Shown: positions 8,896 through 17,328 of the stretch, piece by piece | How the letters are laid out: each line of letters opens with the position of its first letter | Numbering within the stretch: position 1 is the first letter of the stretch | IMG/VR virus record: IMGVR_UViG_3300018045_000005 | Span: 1-53,304 of that record | Strand: one strand, 5' to 3' | From: a virus | Lineage: Duplodnaviria > Caudoviricetes | Length of the DNA stretch: 53,304 bases | Program-made: the position numbers and the translations under genes | Notes under the pieces: generated by a model | What the model saw: only the letters and a program-made list of their open reading frames with translations | Told to the model about the DNA's origin: nothing | The model's database searches: none

Positions 8896-9055
8896 TTTGA
8901 TGAAATATGAACCACAATGAACCATTCATAAACCCTCTGAAACATCGTGAAACATCGTGAGACTAGACTTCTAACCCTAACCTATACCGACATAGCCCCT
9001 AAACAACAAACGCCCCATATTGATCATTTCAGGACGTTTCACGATAACCAACCTT

Positions 9056-9125
9056 TAGACGTAAAAAAACCGCTAAAAAGCGGCTTAAAATAGACGTAAA
9101 AAAACCGCTAAAAAGCGGCTTAAAA
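9056..9125 (-). terminator. Tandemly duplicated Rho-independent terminator (35 bp x2)
   Basis: tagacgtaaaaaaaccgctaaaaagcggcttaaaa occurs exactly twice; minus strand gives a stem-loop plus T7. Confidence 0.85.
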
Positions 9126-9235
9126 ATTACGTTGGTATAAGGCTAAAAATGATGAAGAGGAAAACCCCATATTCTACACTGTCAAACAGAAAAACCAGTG
9201 GGGCGAATCCAAACATTAAACACGCCTTAATTAAT

Positions 9236-9445
9236 TTAATTAATGTCATCTAGCACCCCCTTAAATATTTGCGGGTAACATTCAGCAATAATTAAAGCAT
9301 TATCAAGGCTTACTGATTGCACACCATTTAAAAATTTATTCAAGAATTTATACTCTATCCCCGTACGTGTTGATATATCACCCTGTTTGATTTTAGCGGC
9401 CTTAAATGCCACGCCTAAAGATTGCCCAAACTGTTTACCATTCAT
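9236..9445 (-). CDS. XRE/Cro-type HTH protein
   Basis: IKQGDISTRTGIEYKFLNKFLNGVQSVSLDNALIIA. Confidence 0.75.
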   Translation of the reverse strand: MNGKQFGQSLGVAFKAAKIKQGDISTRTGIEYKFLNKFLNGVQSVSLDNALIIAECYPQIFKGVLDDIN

Positions 9446-9663
9446 ACTAAACCCCCCTCACTGTAAAAGCGGCTAACAATATCTTGAACGCTTGTATATT
9501 TTAAATTAAGCATAAAATTAACTTGTTGCTTATGTGGTAAACGGTTCGCCTTTTGTGACTTAACCACAAATAAGCGGGTACTGTCTAAACTATTAAGAAT
9601 GGTTAACCGTTGGACGCTATCACCAAACATAAGCGGCTTTTTATTAAATCTTTTAGTTTTCAT
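9442..9663 (-). CDS. Hypothetical protein
   Basis: 73-aa ORF with GGAGG RBS, overlapping its neighbours. Confidence 0.7.
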   Translation of the reverse strand: MKTKRFNKKPLMFGDSVQRLTILNSLDSTRLFVVKSQKANRLPHKQQVNFMLNLKYTSVQDIVSRFYSEGGLV

Positions 9664-10183
9664 TTGCTAAAACCTCCACATATTCACAAGGGTTTTCAAT
9701 CAAATATAACTCATCAACTTTCGCAACAACATTGTGGAAATATTCCAATAAAAGCCCCCATTGGTTAAAATCCCAATTTATATACATATTACCCCAGTCT
9801 AAAAGATCATTACTGTAATGAGGTATAAACCCACTACACGGTGCCATGCGTTCTATTAACCACTTTTTAAAGCCGTCTTTATTCACCATTAATAAACCAA
9901 CTAACTCGTTTAAATCAGCATAAGCAAATATGCGGTCTGTTTCAAAGTTGTATTCTTTAGGACTGGATAGAGACTCAAATTCTAAGAATTTTAAATTATA
10001 TTCACCTTTCACCGTTTCAACGTATTGGACACAATAAGCGGCTCTATCTATCTTAATTTCACAATCATCATAATTTAACTCTAAATGCTCTAATTCCGAT
10101 TCGATACAGTTATCTAAATTTACATCATGTACCGATTGATAGAACCCCTGGAAAGGTACTTGTACTAATACTTTATTCATCAC
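9653..10183 (-). CDS. Acidic hypothetical early protein (SPKEYNFETD motif)
   Basis: 176 aa, D/E-rich; PFQGFY and SPKEYNFETDRIF motifs. Confidence 0.75.
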   Translation of the reverse strand: MMNKVLVQVPFQGFYQSVHDVNLDNCIESELEHLELNYDDCEIKIDRAAYCVQYVETVKGEYNLKFLEFESLSSPKEYNFETDRIFAYADLNELVGLLMVNKDGFKKWLIERMAPCSGFIPHYSNDLLDWGNMYINWDFNQWGLLLEYFHNVVAKVDELYLIENPCEYVEVLANEN

Positions 10184-10511
10184 TTAAACCTTCTTTTAAA
10201 GCGTCATAATCTACCATTGTGCATTTATTAACCTCAAATATATAATCACATAAATATGCACCGTTGTTATCTTGTAACCCTGCACCGTTTTCAATAACAC
10301 TTAAATTAATCAGACCGTCGTCATTAAAAATATTATTGGTTAAATGTTTATGATCAAACCCAACCCTATCAGCCGCACCAATTAACGCGGCCTTAATCGA
10401 ATCATACTCGCCCACATTAAACCCACCTTTAGAAAATTGAGAGGTTCCAGCACCGTTAACGCTATCCCAATTACTAACCAAACAATCTATACAATCAATT
10501 TTAAAACTCAT
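10173..10511 (-). CDS. Acidic hypothetical early protein
   Basis: 112-aa ORF with GAGG RBS in the operon. Confidence 0.7.
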   Translation of the reverse strand: MSFKIDCIDCLVSNWDSVNGAGTSQFSKGGFNVGEYDSIKAALIGAADRVGFDHKHLTNNIFNDDGLINLSVIENGAGLQDNNGAYLCDYIFEVNKCTMVDYDALKEGLSDE

Positions 10512-10529
10512 TTTTCTAACCCTCTTCTT

Positions 10530-11342
10530 TTAATACACTAAACCTAAAGCTTCAATATCAGTCACAAACTCTTCAATTAAAGCGGGTAAACGTTCTAATA
10601 ATAAATCTTTGTTTTGTAATTGTTCTAACGTTGCATCATGCCAAATTGCTGAACTTCTAGCCGCTTGTAAATTTGGCTCAACTGCTTTATTGAACGTGCT
10701 AGGAATTTGGATAAATTCAAAACCTAAAATTAACGCCTCTTTAAATTCTAATGCCTCTTTGAAGGTGTCAAAAGGACAATAAGCCCAACCATTAACAAAA
10801 CCCTGATATGTGAATTTAGAAGCATATTGATAACCACCTTTTTCATTATCTTTATGTTCAATTTCCTCAATAACTAGATCAATAATATCCTGTTTTCCTA
10901 GACCTTTGATAAAGTCAAAAAACCCGCGTGTAGATTGCCCAAATGTAATAGGGAAATCTTTAAATTTTAAACGCTCAATATAGCTTGTAGGTGCGTTTAA
11001 AGGTTTGGTCATATCTTCACGGTCTTTAGCGTGATACATAGTATTTGCAACATAATGTAGAGGTTCATAACTGCTCATTAAGTGCCATTTAATAAGGTGC
11101 TTAAGTTCTGGGAAATGTTTTTTAATCTCTTCGTGAATACAACCACCTGTTTGAAAATAACGGTCATTTTTATTCCCTGTTTGATTGCTGTAAATATCGC
11201 CAGTAATAGAGAATGAATTATGACCGTTGCCGCATTGATCATCATAACGAACCGTTACATAAATCGTGCTTTTCACCCCGTAATATGTGATATGTTTAGA
11301 AAAATTTAATTTCTGGCTTTTGGTTAATATTGAGTTTTTCAT
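10530..11342 (-). CDS. Hypothetical early protein with Cys/His motifs
   Basis: YDDQCGNGHNSFSITG, GGCIHEEI, KWHL, PLHY; has its own upstream promoter. Confidence 0.8.
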   Translation of the reverse strand: MKNSILTKSQKLNFSKHITYYGVKSTIYVTVRYDDQCGNGHNSFSITGDIYSNQTGNKNDRYFQTGGCIHEEIKKHFPELKHLIKWHLMSSYEPLHYVANTMYHAKDREDMTKPLNAPTSYIERLKFKDFPITFGQSTRGFFDFIKGLGKQDIIDLVIEEIEHKDNEKGGYQYASKFTYQGFVNGWAYCPFDTFKEALEFKEALILGFEFIQIPSTFNKAVEPNLQAARSSAIWHDATLEQLQNKDLLLERLPALIEEFVTDIEALGLVY

Positions 11343-11381
11343 TTTCTTTTATCCTTTTGGGTTTTTATTTAATTCGTACTT

Positions 11382-11411
11382 AGTATACGATTAATTTAAT
11401 CAGGTTGTCAA
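11382..11411 (-). promoter_or_regulatory. sigma70-type promoter
   Basis: TTGACA-18 nt-TATACT on the minus strand. Confidence 0.7.
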
Positions 11412-11413
11412 TT

Positions 11414-11815
11414 TTAATTTACAATTAAATCTATTAATTCTTTAATCTCTTGTTTTAATAACTCCATTGTATAATCCTGATATTTATTGCAATTTATAAA
11501 TCCATATAAACTCCACTCATTATCATCAGCTTTCATAATGTTCAAATAGTCATCATTTAAATAAGGTCTATCATTAAAAACAAAATCTAAAACTTTAGAT
11601 AAAATACGTTGCTGATTATTACCAGCTAACCAATTAAGGCCGCGTTGATCAAATACGTTAAAAGATAATTCGTTAATATTATCGTTCGGTAATAACTCAT
11701 TTAATGCCGCGTAAACGTTTGATAAAACTTGATAAGGGTCATCTAACTCAACATCGTCATTGATAACAACTTGTAACGAACGCTTACTTTCTGCAAATTT
11801 AATTTGAACTTTCAT
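11414..11815 (-). CDS. Hypothetical early protein
   Basis: 133-aa ORF in the operon with a GGGG RBS. Confidence 0.7.
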   Translation of the reverse strand: MKVQIKFAESKRSLQVVINDDVELDDPYQVLSNVYAALNELLPNDNINELSFNVFDQRGLNWLAGNNQQRILSKVLDFVFNDRPYLNDDYLNIMKADDNEWSLYGFINCNKYQDYTMELLKQEIKELIDLIVN

Positions 11816-11827
11816 AATAAAAACCCC

Positions 11828-12109
11828 TTAATCAAAATAAGAATTAAATAATTCATTTTCTGTATGGTTGTATACTTCGTTTTCAGCAATACCAAACCAG
11901 CCTTTTATATTACCGTCTACATCACGAATACGACATTCGGACATTTCTACCGAATTAATATCCGACATAATATTTTTAATATTTGTTGAACGTTTAACCG
12001 CCCATGCTTCACCGTCCCAAACGCTAATGGTTAATCCGTTATTAATAAGATGTTCAATTAATGCTTTAATGTCTCTGTATTTATTTTCATTTAATGTGTT
12101 CATTTTCAT
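11828..12109 (-). CDS. Hypothetical early protein
   Basis: 93 aa; ISVWDGEAWAVKRS; overlaps the upstream gene. Confidence 0.7.
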   Translation of the reverse strand: MKMNTLNENKYRDIKALIEHLINNGLTISVWDGEAWAVKRSTNIKNIMSDINSVEMSECRIRDVDGNIKGWFGIAENEVYNHTENELFNSYFD

Positions 12110-12294
12110 TTAACCCCTGTTAAGTATTCTAAAGCCGTGTAAAACTCAATATCTAAATCGAAATTAATATCACATTCACCGTTGAATAATTCAGACCATT
12201 CACCGTCTATATAAATAGCCGCGTAATAATGGTTATCTGTTTTTTCAATCAAATATGTCTCATTCTCTAACTCTTTACTAACACCGTATGACAT
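12106..12294 (-). CDS. Small acidic hypothetical protein, first gene of the leftward operon
   Basis: 62 aa, D/E-rich, directly after a promoter. Confidence 0.65.
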   Translation of the reverse strand: MSYGVSKELENETYLIEKTDNHYYAAIYIDGEWSELFNGECDINFDLDIEFYTALEYLTGVK

Positions 12295-12329
12295 TTTATT
12301 TAATCCATGTTTTGTTTGAATTCGCGTTC

Positions 12330-12358
12330 ATTATACGAATTATTTAAAAGCTTGTAAA
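12330..12358 (-). promoter_or_regulatory. sigma70-type promoter of the leftward early operon
   Basis: TTTACA-17 nt-TATAAT. Confidence 0.75.
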
Positions 12359-12519
12359 GTTTTATTTACAGTTATTTTCATTTTTCGTTATTCCAATTCC
12401 ACCATAAAACCCACTCAACCTGTTGATCTTAAAACAAAATATCGTTATCTATCCTTCAAATCTGAATGGGTAATTTTGCTTATTTGTACGTAATTTCACC
12501 TATCTGTACAGAATTTCAC

Positions 12520-12612
12520 TCACACGTACTACCTTGTATACCTCGCCTTATCACACGTACTACCTTGTATACCTCGCCTTATCACACGGACTACCTTGTA
12601 TACCTCGCCTTA
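12520..12612. repeat. 31-bp tandem repeat x3 between divergent promoters
   Basis: tcacacgtactaccttgtatacctcgcctta x3 with one mismatch in copy 3. Confidence 0.95.
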
Positions 12613-12634
12613 TTCAAAATTTTGTAAATAAAAG

Positions 12635-12663
12635 TTGACAGTTAAAAATGAGAACAATATAAT
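12635..12663 (+). promoter_or_regulatory. Perfect-consensus sigma70 promoter of the rightward operon
   Basis: TTGACA-17 nt-TATAAT with AT-rich upstream sequence. Confidence 0.9.
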
Positions 12664-12693
12664 TGACGACAACAGCAATAAGAGGACGTAGAA

Positions 12694-13062
12694 ATGTTGT
12701 TAAAACAATTAATGTTAGGTGTAGTAAATGTTCCAATGCCGACCAATGCACACTCATTCAAACAGTGTAAGCGTACTAAAACCGTCACGATCCGAGACGC
12801 TGAAGGTGTGACACTGTTGACCAGACCTGCACCAGTTGAAGCGATTGATGCTGATAGAGATTTAATCATCACCCCCGTCATTAAAGGTGTACATGAAGTG
12901 CTACATACTGGTTCTAAATGGCAACCTAATTACCAAGTCAAACCGGATTGGGATTTTATCGATTTAGTGTACTGGGATGGTGCGGTTGACATAGGTGTAC
13001 CAATGCGATCAGTTGTATTAGGTGCTGGGGTGGCACTGATTAGAGAAGGAGATAAATTATGA
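12694..13062 (+). CDS. Hypothetical protein
   Basis: 122 aa, AGAGGA RBS, first gene after the promoter. Confidence 0.75.
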   Translation: MLLKQLMLGVVNVPMPTNAHSFKQCKRTKTVTIRDAEGVTLLTRPAPVEAIDADRDLIITPVIKGVHEVLHTGSKWQPNYQVKPDWDFIDLVYWDGAVDIGVPMRSVVLGAGVALIREGDKL

Positions 13063-13385
13063 AAATCGTAACAAAAAATCCCGTCGAATTAATCAATATT
13101 GAATCTTTATCATCGAATGATATTGTATTAATGGTGAGTGGTCTAGGTAATGCTATTTCACAGCCTTTAATGTTGGAAGATGGTAAATGGGGTGTAAGAG
13201 GTATTAAAGATAATAGATTGTTCGGTGGCACTGACATAGGTATGTTTCATAAAAATAATGTAAGTTTTAAATCTTTCAAAGAAGTGATATTAGTATTCAT
13301 CGACATGGGTTTCACTATCTATACTTTTGATAATAATGCTGAATATCTTCGATTCTTATTAGATCGAGAAGGAGGGAAATTATGA
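13059..13385 (+). CDS. Hypothetical protein
   Basis: 108 aa, ATGA overlap, AGGAG RBS. Confidence 0.75.
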   Translation: MKIVTKNPVELINIESLSSNDIVLMVSGLGNAISQPLMLEDGKWGVRGIKDNRLFGGTDIGMFHKNNVSFKSFKEVILVFIDMGFTIYTFDNNAEYLRFLLDREGGKL

Positions 13386-13750
13386 TCGTATGGTTCGCTA
13401 TTAACACCTTGATGCTCGTACCCGTGTGGCTACTAATCAAACACGGTGGTAAAGATATGAGTGTATTCAAGGTGTTTTTTTATTGGCCTGGTATTTTAGC
13501 CGCGTTACTTTTGGTAACTGTCAGAAATATTAACTATTTCACTGGTCTTAACTTCAAGAGCGTGTTGTCAGTATTTGTACAAAGAGATGCTTTGGTATGG
13601 TTGCACTCTCGTAAAATGAATCGGTTTTTAGAAAGTATCCATAATCGTAACCTACTGGAATTCACGGTTATTTTAATATCAATCGTTGGAGTGTTAAACC
13701 TGTTATTCCGGTTACCAATGAACATGTTTAGAGTTTGGAGAATGTCATGA
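13382..13750 (+). CDS. Small membrane protein (WP motif)
   Basis: Three hydrophobic segments; FFYWPG. Confidence 0.7.
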   Translation: MIVWFAINTLMLVPVWLLIKHGGKDMSVFKVFFYWPGILAALLLVTVRNINYFTGLNFKSVLSVFVQRDALVWLHSRKMNRFLESIHNRNLLEFTVILISIVGVLNLLFRLPMNMFRVWRMS

Positions 13751-14040
13751 GTGATAATCCGGTTAGCCTAATTGTACTTGAAAGACACGTTATTAAAAAA
13801 CGCATGGAACTGATTAATAGTCAGCCTGATATGTCTTATGAGCCAAATTTAGCAGTATATTTGAGTCCTCAATATTATGAAGAGTTGATCAGATATTTAA
13901 CAAACTTAAGACTCAAGTCTCCACACCTATATCCTAGCGGGTGTATTCCGCTTGATAAATTAGAGATTAGAGGTTATCCGATTTATAGAGTCAGTTGGCA
14001 ACAGGATCACCCATCATTCAGAATTTTAGAGGTAGATTAA
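13747..14040 (+). CDS. Hypothetical protein
   Basis: ATGA overlap with the upstream gene; GGAG RBS. Confidence 0.7.
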   Translation: MSDNPVSLIVLERHVIKKRMELINSQPDMSYEPNLAVYLSPQYYEELIRYLTNLRLKSPHLYPSGCIPLDKLEIRGYPIYRVSWQQDHPSFRILEVD

Positions 14041-14041
14041 A

Positions 14042-14779
14042 ATGAGTAGTAATAAACCAAATTGGGCAAACGCTCCAAAAGAAGCAGAATATTTAACGTG
14101 TAACAGATCAGGTAACTGGTACTGGCATACTCAAAAACCTGAGAAGGTAACAAATGGGTTTAATCTAAAACACAGTATCGGTGTTGGGATACCTCTTACA
14201 CCAAATCCTAACTGGGAAAACTCACTTGAGAAGCGACCAGTTGAGTTTGATTATCCGATTTATAAGAAACATTTACATTCGGATTTAGCGGTTCAATTTA
14301 CAGATTTACATAATTTCACGGTGATAATAGGTGATGGTCTTTGTCATAATACTGGTGAGGATCATCATAGTCTCCAACCCCACACCTGTGCTTATGTATG
14401 GGAAGATTGGTCTCCACGTAACGGTTTTGAAGAACTTGCCAATATGTACTCCGGTGTTGAGTATGCTTCTTTTAATCTGAAAGTGAAAGAACCAAACCCA
14501 TACGCTAAACAGTTCACCAATCGTATGAAGCAGAAGATCAAAGAGGCCTTAGAAGCCGCTGATGGTGACTTCAACGCTATCGACTGGTCAACAGTAACGT
14601 ATGACTTCTACGATGTGGCTAATAGCTTTGAAATGGTAAATGAGCAAGTTAAACACGCCACAAAGAAACAATTACAGTCAGGTGGTAGAAGTGGCGGTAA
14701 ATCATTAGTAGATGACTTGAAGGAAGCCAGATGGTCGTTAGATGAAGGTATTAAGGAGCTAGAAGCAGATGACAACTAA
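14042..14779 (+). CDS. Multidomain protein: Trp-rich N-terminal phage domain plus DUF3310-like C-terminus
   Basis: WANAPKEA...GNWYW...WENSLEKRP; C-terminal YDV...KHATKK...G.R..K...DLKEARWSL. Confidence 0.6.
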   Translation: MSSNKPNWANAPKEAEYLTCNRSGNWYWHTQKPEKVTNGFNLKHSIGVGIPLTPNPNWENSLEKRPVEFDYPIYKKHLHSDLAVQFTDLHNFTVIIGDGLCHNTGEDHHSLQPHTCAYVWEDWSPRNGFEELANMYSGVEYASFNLKVKEPNPYAKQFTNRMKQKIKEALEAADGDFNAIDWSTVTYDFYDVANSFEMVNEQVKHATKKQLQSGGRSGGKSLVDDLKEARWSLDEGIKELEADDN

Positions 14780-15341
14780 ATACCCAATGCCAGAACCACA
14801 TCCTCAAGCTGAGTTAATTAAAGCTAAGGCCGATGGTGCAGTAATTCAAGAAAGATTACGTTCAGGTGAGTGGGTATTGATATCAAACACTGAATGGGAT
14901 GAAGCACTAAACTACAGAATCGACCCAACCTGCGACTATTCCATAGCTAAAATTGCTGAGTTGGGTGGTGATCACATGGTTGACCTGTATATGTACTGGT
15001 TATATGGTGGTGAACTGGAACTAGAGTTTTGCAAAAAAGTAACAAATGCACTACTAGCGGGGGAAGACCCCTTTGAAGATTTCGTAAGTTACATAAAAAA
15101 CTTCAACACTATTCGCAAAAAGAAACGCATGGTTACTAAGACACTATGGGTTTGTTCTAAATCATATATGAACGGTGAGAACTCGTATCGACCTGAAGTA
15201 TTTACAGATAAGAATCATGTTTCCCAAGATGACATTATCGAAGCTGGGTATGCGGATCATCGAGATATGGGTAGGCAGAAGTGGTACAAAGTACCGGACT
15301 GCACTAGAGAGGTAGAAGTAGATGAAAACCTGCAAACGTGA
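14769..15341 (+). CDS. Hypothetical protein
   Basis: 190 aa; PHPQAELIKAKADGAVIQ...W.....YRI; AAGGAG RBS. Confidence 0.75.
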   Translation: MTTKYPMPEPHPQAELIKAKADGAVIQERLRSGEWVLISNTEWDEALNYRIDPTCDYSIAKIAELGGDHMVDLYMYWLYGGELELEFCKKVTNALLAGEDPFEDFVSYIKNFNTIRKKKRMVTKTLWVCSKSYMNGENSYRPEVFTDKNHVSQDDIIEAGYADHRDMGRQKWYKVPDCTREVEVDENLQT

Positions 15342-15486
15342 TCCATCATGGTCTAGCTGGGCTAAATATAAAGCTGTTGATGCTGACGGTGGTGCATGGG
15401 AATTAATGATGACTGGTGCTCTTATATTTTATAACGAGAATTACAAAGGTGACTGGAAGAAGTCTCTTAGAAAGATTGAGGATTGA
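15322..15486 (+). CDS. Small hypothetical protein (54 aa, not in the ORF track)
   Basis: GAGG RBS; MKTCKRDPSWSSWAKYKAVDADGGAW...DWKKSLRKIED, resembling the N-terminus of 14042-14779. Confidence 0.6.
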   Translation: MKTCKRDPSWSSWAKYKAVDADGGAWELMMTGALIFYNENYKGDWKKSLRKIED

Positions 15487-15489
15487 CAG

Positions 15490-15684
15490 ATGATTGAATT
15501 AACGGATGAGCAAATAGAGTCTGCGTACAGCACAACACTTAAACAAGGTGTGATGTCGTACAACAGATCGAACATGAAGGAAGCTTTAACAGAGTTTATA
15601 TCCTTACTAACCCTCGAACAACTTAAACCCCTAGTCGAAGCAAAGAACGCCAGAGTGGTTGATTGGGCAACACCCCCCGTGTGA
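15490..15684 (+). CDS. Hypothetical protein
   Basis: 64 aa, GAGG RBS. Confidence 0.65.
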   Translation: MIELTDEQIESAYSTTLKQGVMSYNRSNMKEALTEFISLLTLEQLKPLVEAKNARVVDWATPPV

Positions 15685-15850
15685 GGTATCAGTAGACGTA
15701 ACATCGTATGTTAAGCGTATCAAAGAACTTGAACAACAAAATGTTGAATGTATGACTCGATATGAACATTTAAAAATGATTACTAATTCTACTTACGGTG
15801 GATATGCTGTTAAACCAAAATTACCAAATGGAGATGCTGATGAATCTTGA
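15659..15850 (+). CDS. Hypothetical protein (start uncertain; possibly a frameshifted continuation of the upstream ORF)
   Basis: Fills the gap in the operon but has no convincing start or RBS. Confidence 0.45.
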   Translation: MIGQHPPCEVSVDVTSYVKRIKELEQQNVECMTRYEHLKMITNSTYGGYAVKPKLPNGDADES

Positions 15851-16082
15851 AATGATCATATATGTAAATGTACTAATAATGTTCATCATATTAATCTTGT
15901 TAATGATGATTGAACGTTTTAAAAGTTACAACCCTGTTGGTGAATGGTGCCTTGCGGATTGGATGATAAATTTATTTTTATCAATCATTTGGCCTATAGG
16001 TGTATATTTTATTTCATCTGTATTTCTACCATCGTTTTTCACTTTTATAGGTCGAGAACTAACCAAAGAAAGGGGTTTATAG
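15840..16082 (+). CDS. Small two-TM membrane protein (WP motif)
   Basis: Two hydrophobic segments, LSIIWPI; GGAG RBS. Confidence 0.7.
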   Translation: MNLEMIIYVNVLIMFIILILLMMIERFKSYNPVGEWCLADWMINLFLSIIWPIGVYFISSVFLPSFFTFIGRELTKERGL

Positions 16083-16346
16083 ATGTACTCATTTGAAGTA
16101 ACGATAAATGTTGACCTGATTATCACTTTAGTGATGGTTTGGCTTAGTCTGGGTACTTTAGTTATAGGGTTGATTTCACTGACTGTAACTTTAACACCTA
16201 CTTATTTTAGTAACTTAGAACCTAGTCTGAAAACTACTTTCAAAGCGTGGATTTACTGGCCTTTAATGTTAATTTCATTGATCGCTTTATGGTCCGACTT
16301 TGAGAAACCTGATGTAATCAGACGCTTACACGACGAGGATTTATAA
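16083..16346 (+). CDS. Small two-TM membrane protein (WP motif)
   Basis: Two hydrophobic segments, AWIYWPL. Confidence 0.7.
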   Translation: MYSFEVTINVDLIITLVMVWLSLGTLVIGLISLTVTLTPTYFSNLEPSLKTTFKAWIYWPLMLISLIALWSDFEKPDVIRRLHDEDL

Positions 16347-16559
16347 ATGGCTAATCACGATGATCTAATAACCTTCGGTTTAGTTTACTTATCGATTGGT
16401 ATTTTAATAATGGCTGGGGTGGTATTAACCACCACTGTTACGGTTACTGATCATGATGATTTAGATGGGATTCACTTAGGGTATATTCTAATGTCTTGGG
16501 TTATATGGCCTATATTTTTCTTTATTTTAGCAATCGATTTTTTTCAACGTAGAGATTAG
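16347..16559 (+). CDS. Small two-TM membrane protein (WP motif)
   Basis: Two hydrophobic segments, SWVIWPI. Confidence 0.7.
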   Translation: MANHDDLITFGLVYLSIGILIMAGVVLTTTVTVTDHDDLDGIHLGYILMSWVIWPIFFFILAIDFFQRRD

Positions 16560-16562
16560 TAA

Positions 16563-16835
16563 ATGTCATACCAGTGTCGATGCCGATCATGTGGTGCACG
16601 TAATACCTTAAAACGTCACCCTGATGATTACGTCAGAGATAAAAAGTGCACATCTTGTAAGGCTGTTAACCCTTACAGAGTGGATTGGTATCGAACACTA
16701 GGTGAAGAATCTAAAAAGAATACTTGCCACTGTGACGGGTTGCATTATCCACATCGTAAAGGGTCGTCAGTCTGGTGCCGTGAGCACCCTACTGGACCAA
16801 CTGAAGAAGATTATAAAATGAGATACAAATTATGA
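16563..16835 (+). CDS. Cys/His-rich putative zinc-binding protein
   Basis: CRCRSC, CTSC, CHCDGLHYPHRKGS..C. Confidence 0.75.
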   Translation: MSYQCRCRSCGARNTLKRHPDDYVRDKKCTSCKAVNPYRVDWYRTLGEESKKNTCHCDGLHYPHRKGSSVWCREHPTGPTEEDYKMRYKL

Positions 16836-17155
16836 ACAATATTATCGAATGGTTAAATGGTGAAGACACGGGGATGTCTTCAAGATTTATGGTAGCGGTA
16901 CTGACTGGTACAAAATGGGTGGATGACTTTGATGCTCAACCTCACCCCCACGACGTATCAGATTTTGGCAGATGTTACCGGATGCTTAACGCAATTCCTC
17001 AGTTTAAAAACGACTTAGATAAACTCAAACCTTACGGTGATGTGTGGCCTAAGTTGATCGACAACTGGGATGAAATGACAAGACTTTACGAACGTGATAG
17101 ATCGATTGGTAGATGTCCTGAACTTTATAAATTAATGAAAGAATTAGGAGCGTAA
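16832..17155 (+). CDS. Hypothetical protein
   Basis: 107 aa; WLNGEDTGMSS, PHDVSDFGRC; ATGA overlap. Confidence 0.8.
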   Translation: MNNIIEWLNGEDTGMSSRFMVAVLTGTKWVDDFDAQPHPHDVSDFGRCYRMLNAIPQFKNDLDKLKPYGDVWPKLIDNWDEMTRLYERDRSIGRCPELYKLMKELGA

Positions 17156-17157
17156 TA

Positions 17158-17328
17158 TTGAAGAATTGCGGTGTATGTGAACACGTCAGAACACAGTTGA
17201 CGGTAAATATCAAAACTGGCTACTGTAGTCTAAATGATATGGTTGTACCTCAACATTCTGAGACGGGTAAACCTATTCAATATTTAAGAGTACCTAATAA
17301 TTGCCCACTAAAGGAACGTAAACAATGA
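17158..17328 (+). CDS. Small Cys4 protein (56 aa, TTG start, not in the ORF track)
   Basis: AGGAG RBS; KNCGVCEH...GYC...PNNCPL; stop overlaps the thyX ATG. Confidence 0.65.
   Translation: MKNCGVCEHVRTQLTVNIKTGYCSLNDMVVPQHSETGKPIQYLRVPNNCPLKERKQ

Noticed and set aside
8367-9235. tRNA or known ncRNA in the large non-coding region
   Set aside because: No cloverleaf or T-loop consensus recognised by eye; tRNAscan/Infernal would be needed to exclude it fully.
9236-9445. Lysogeny module (repressor/integrase)
   Set aside because: HTH genes are present, but no integrase, ParA, protelomerase or S24-peptidase repressor was recognised.
12520-12612. CRISPR mini-array
   Set aside because: The repeats are contiguous with no unique spacers and no cas operon is present.
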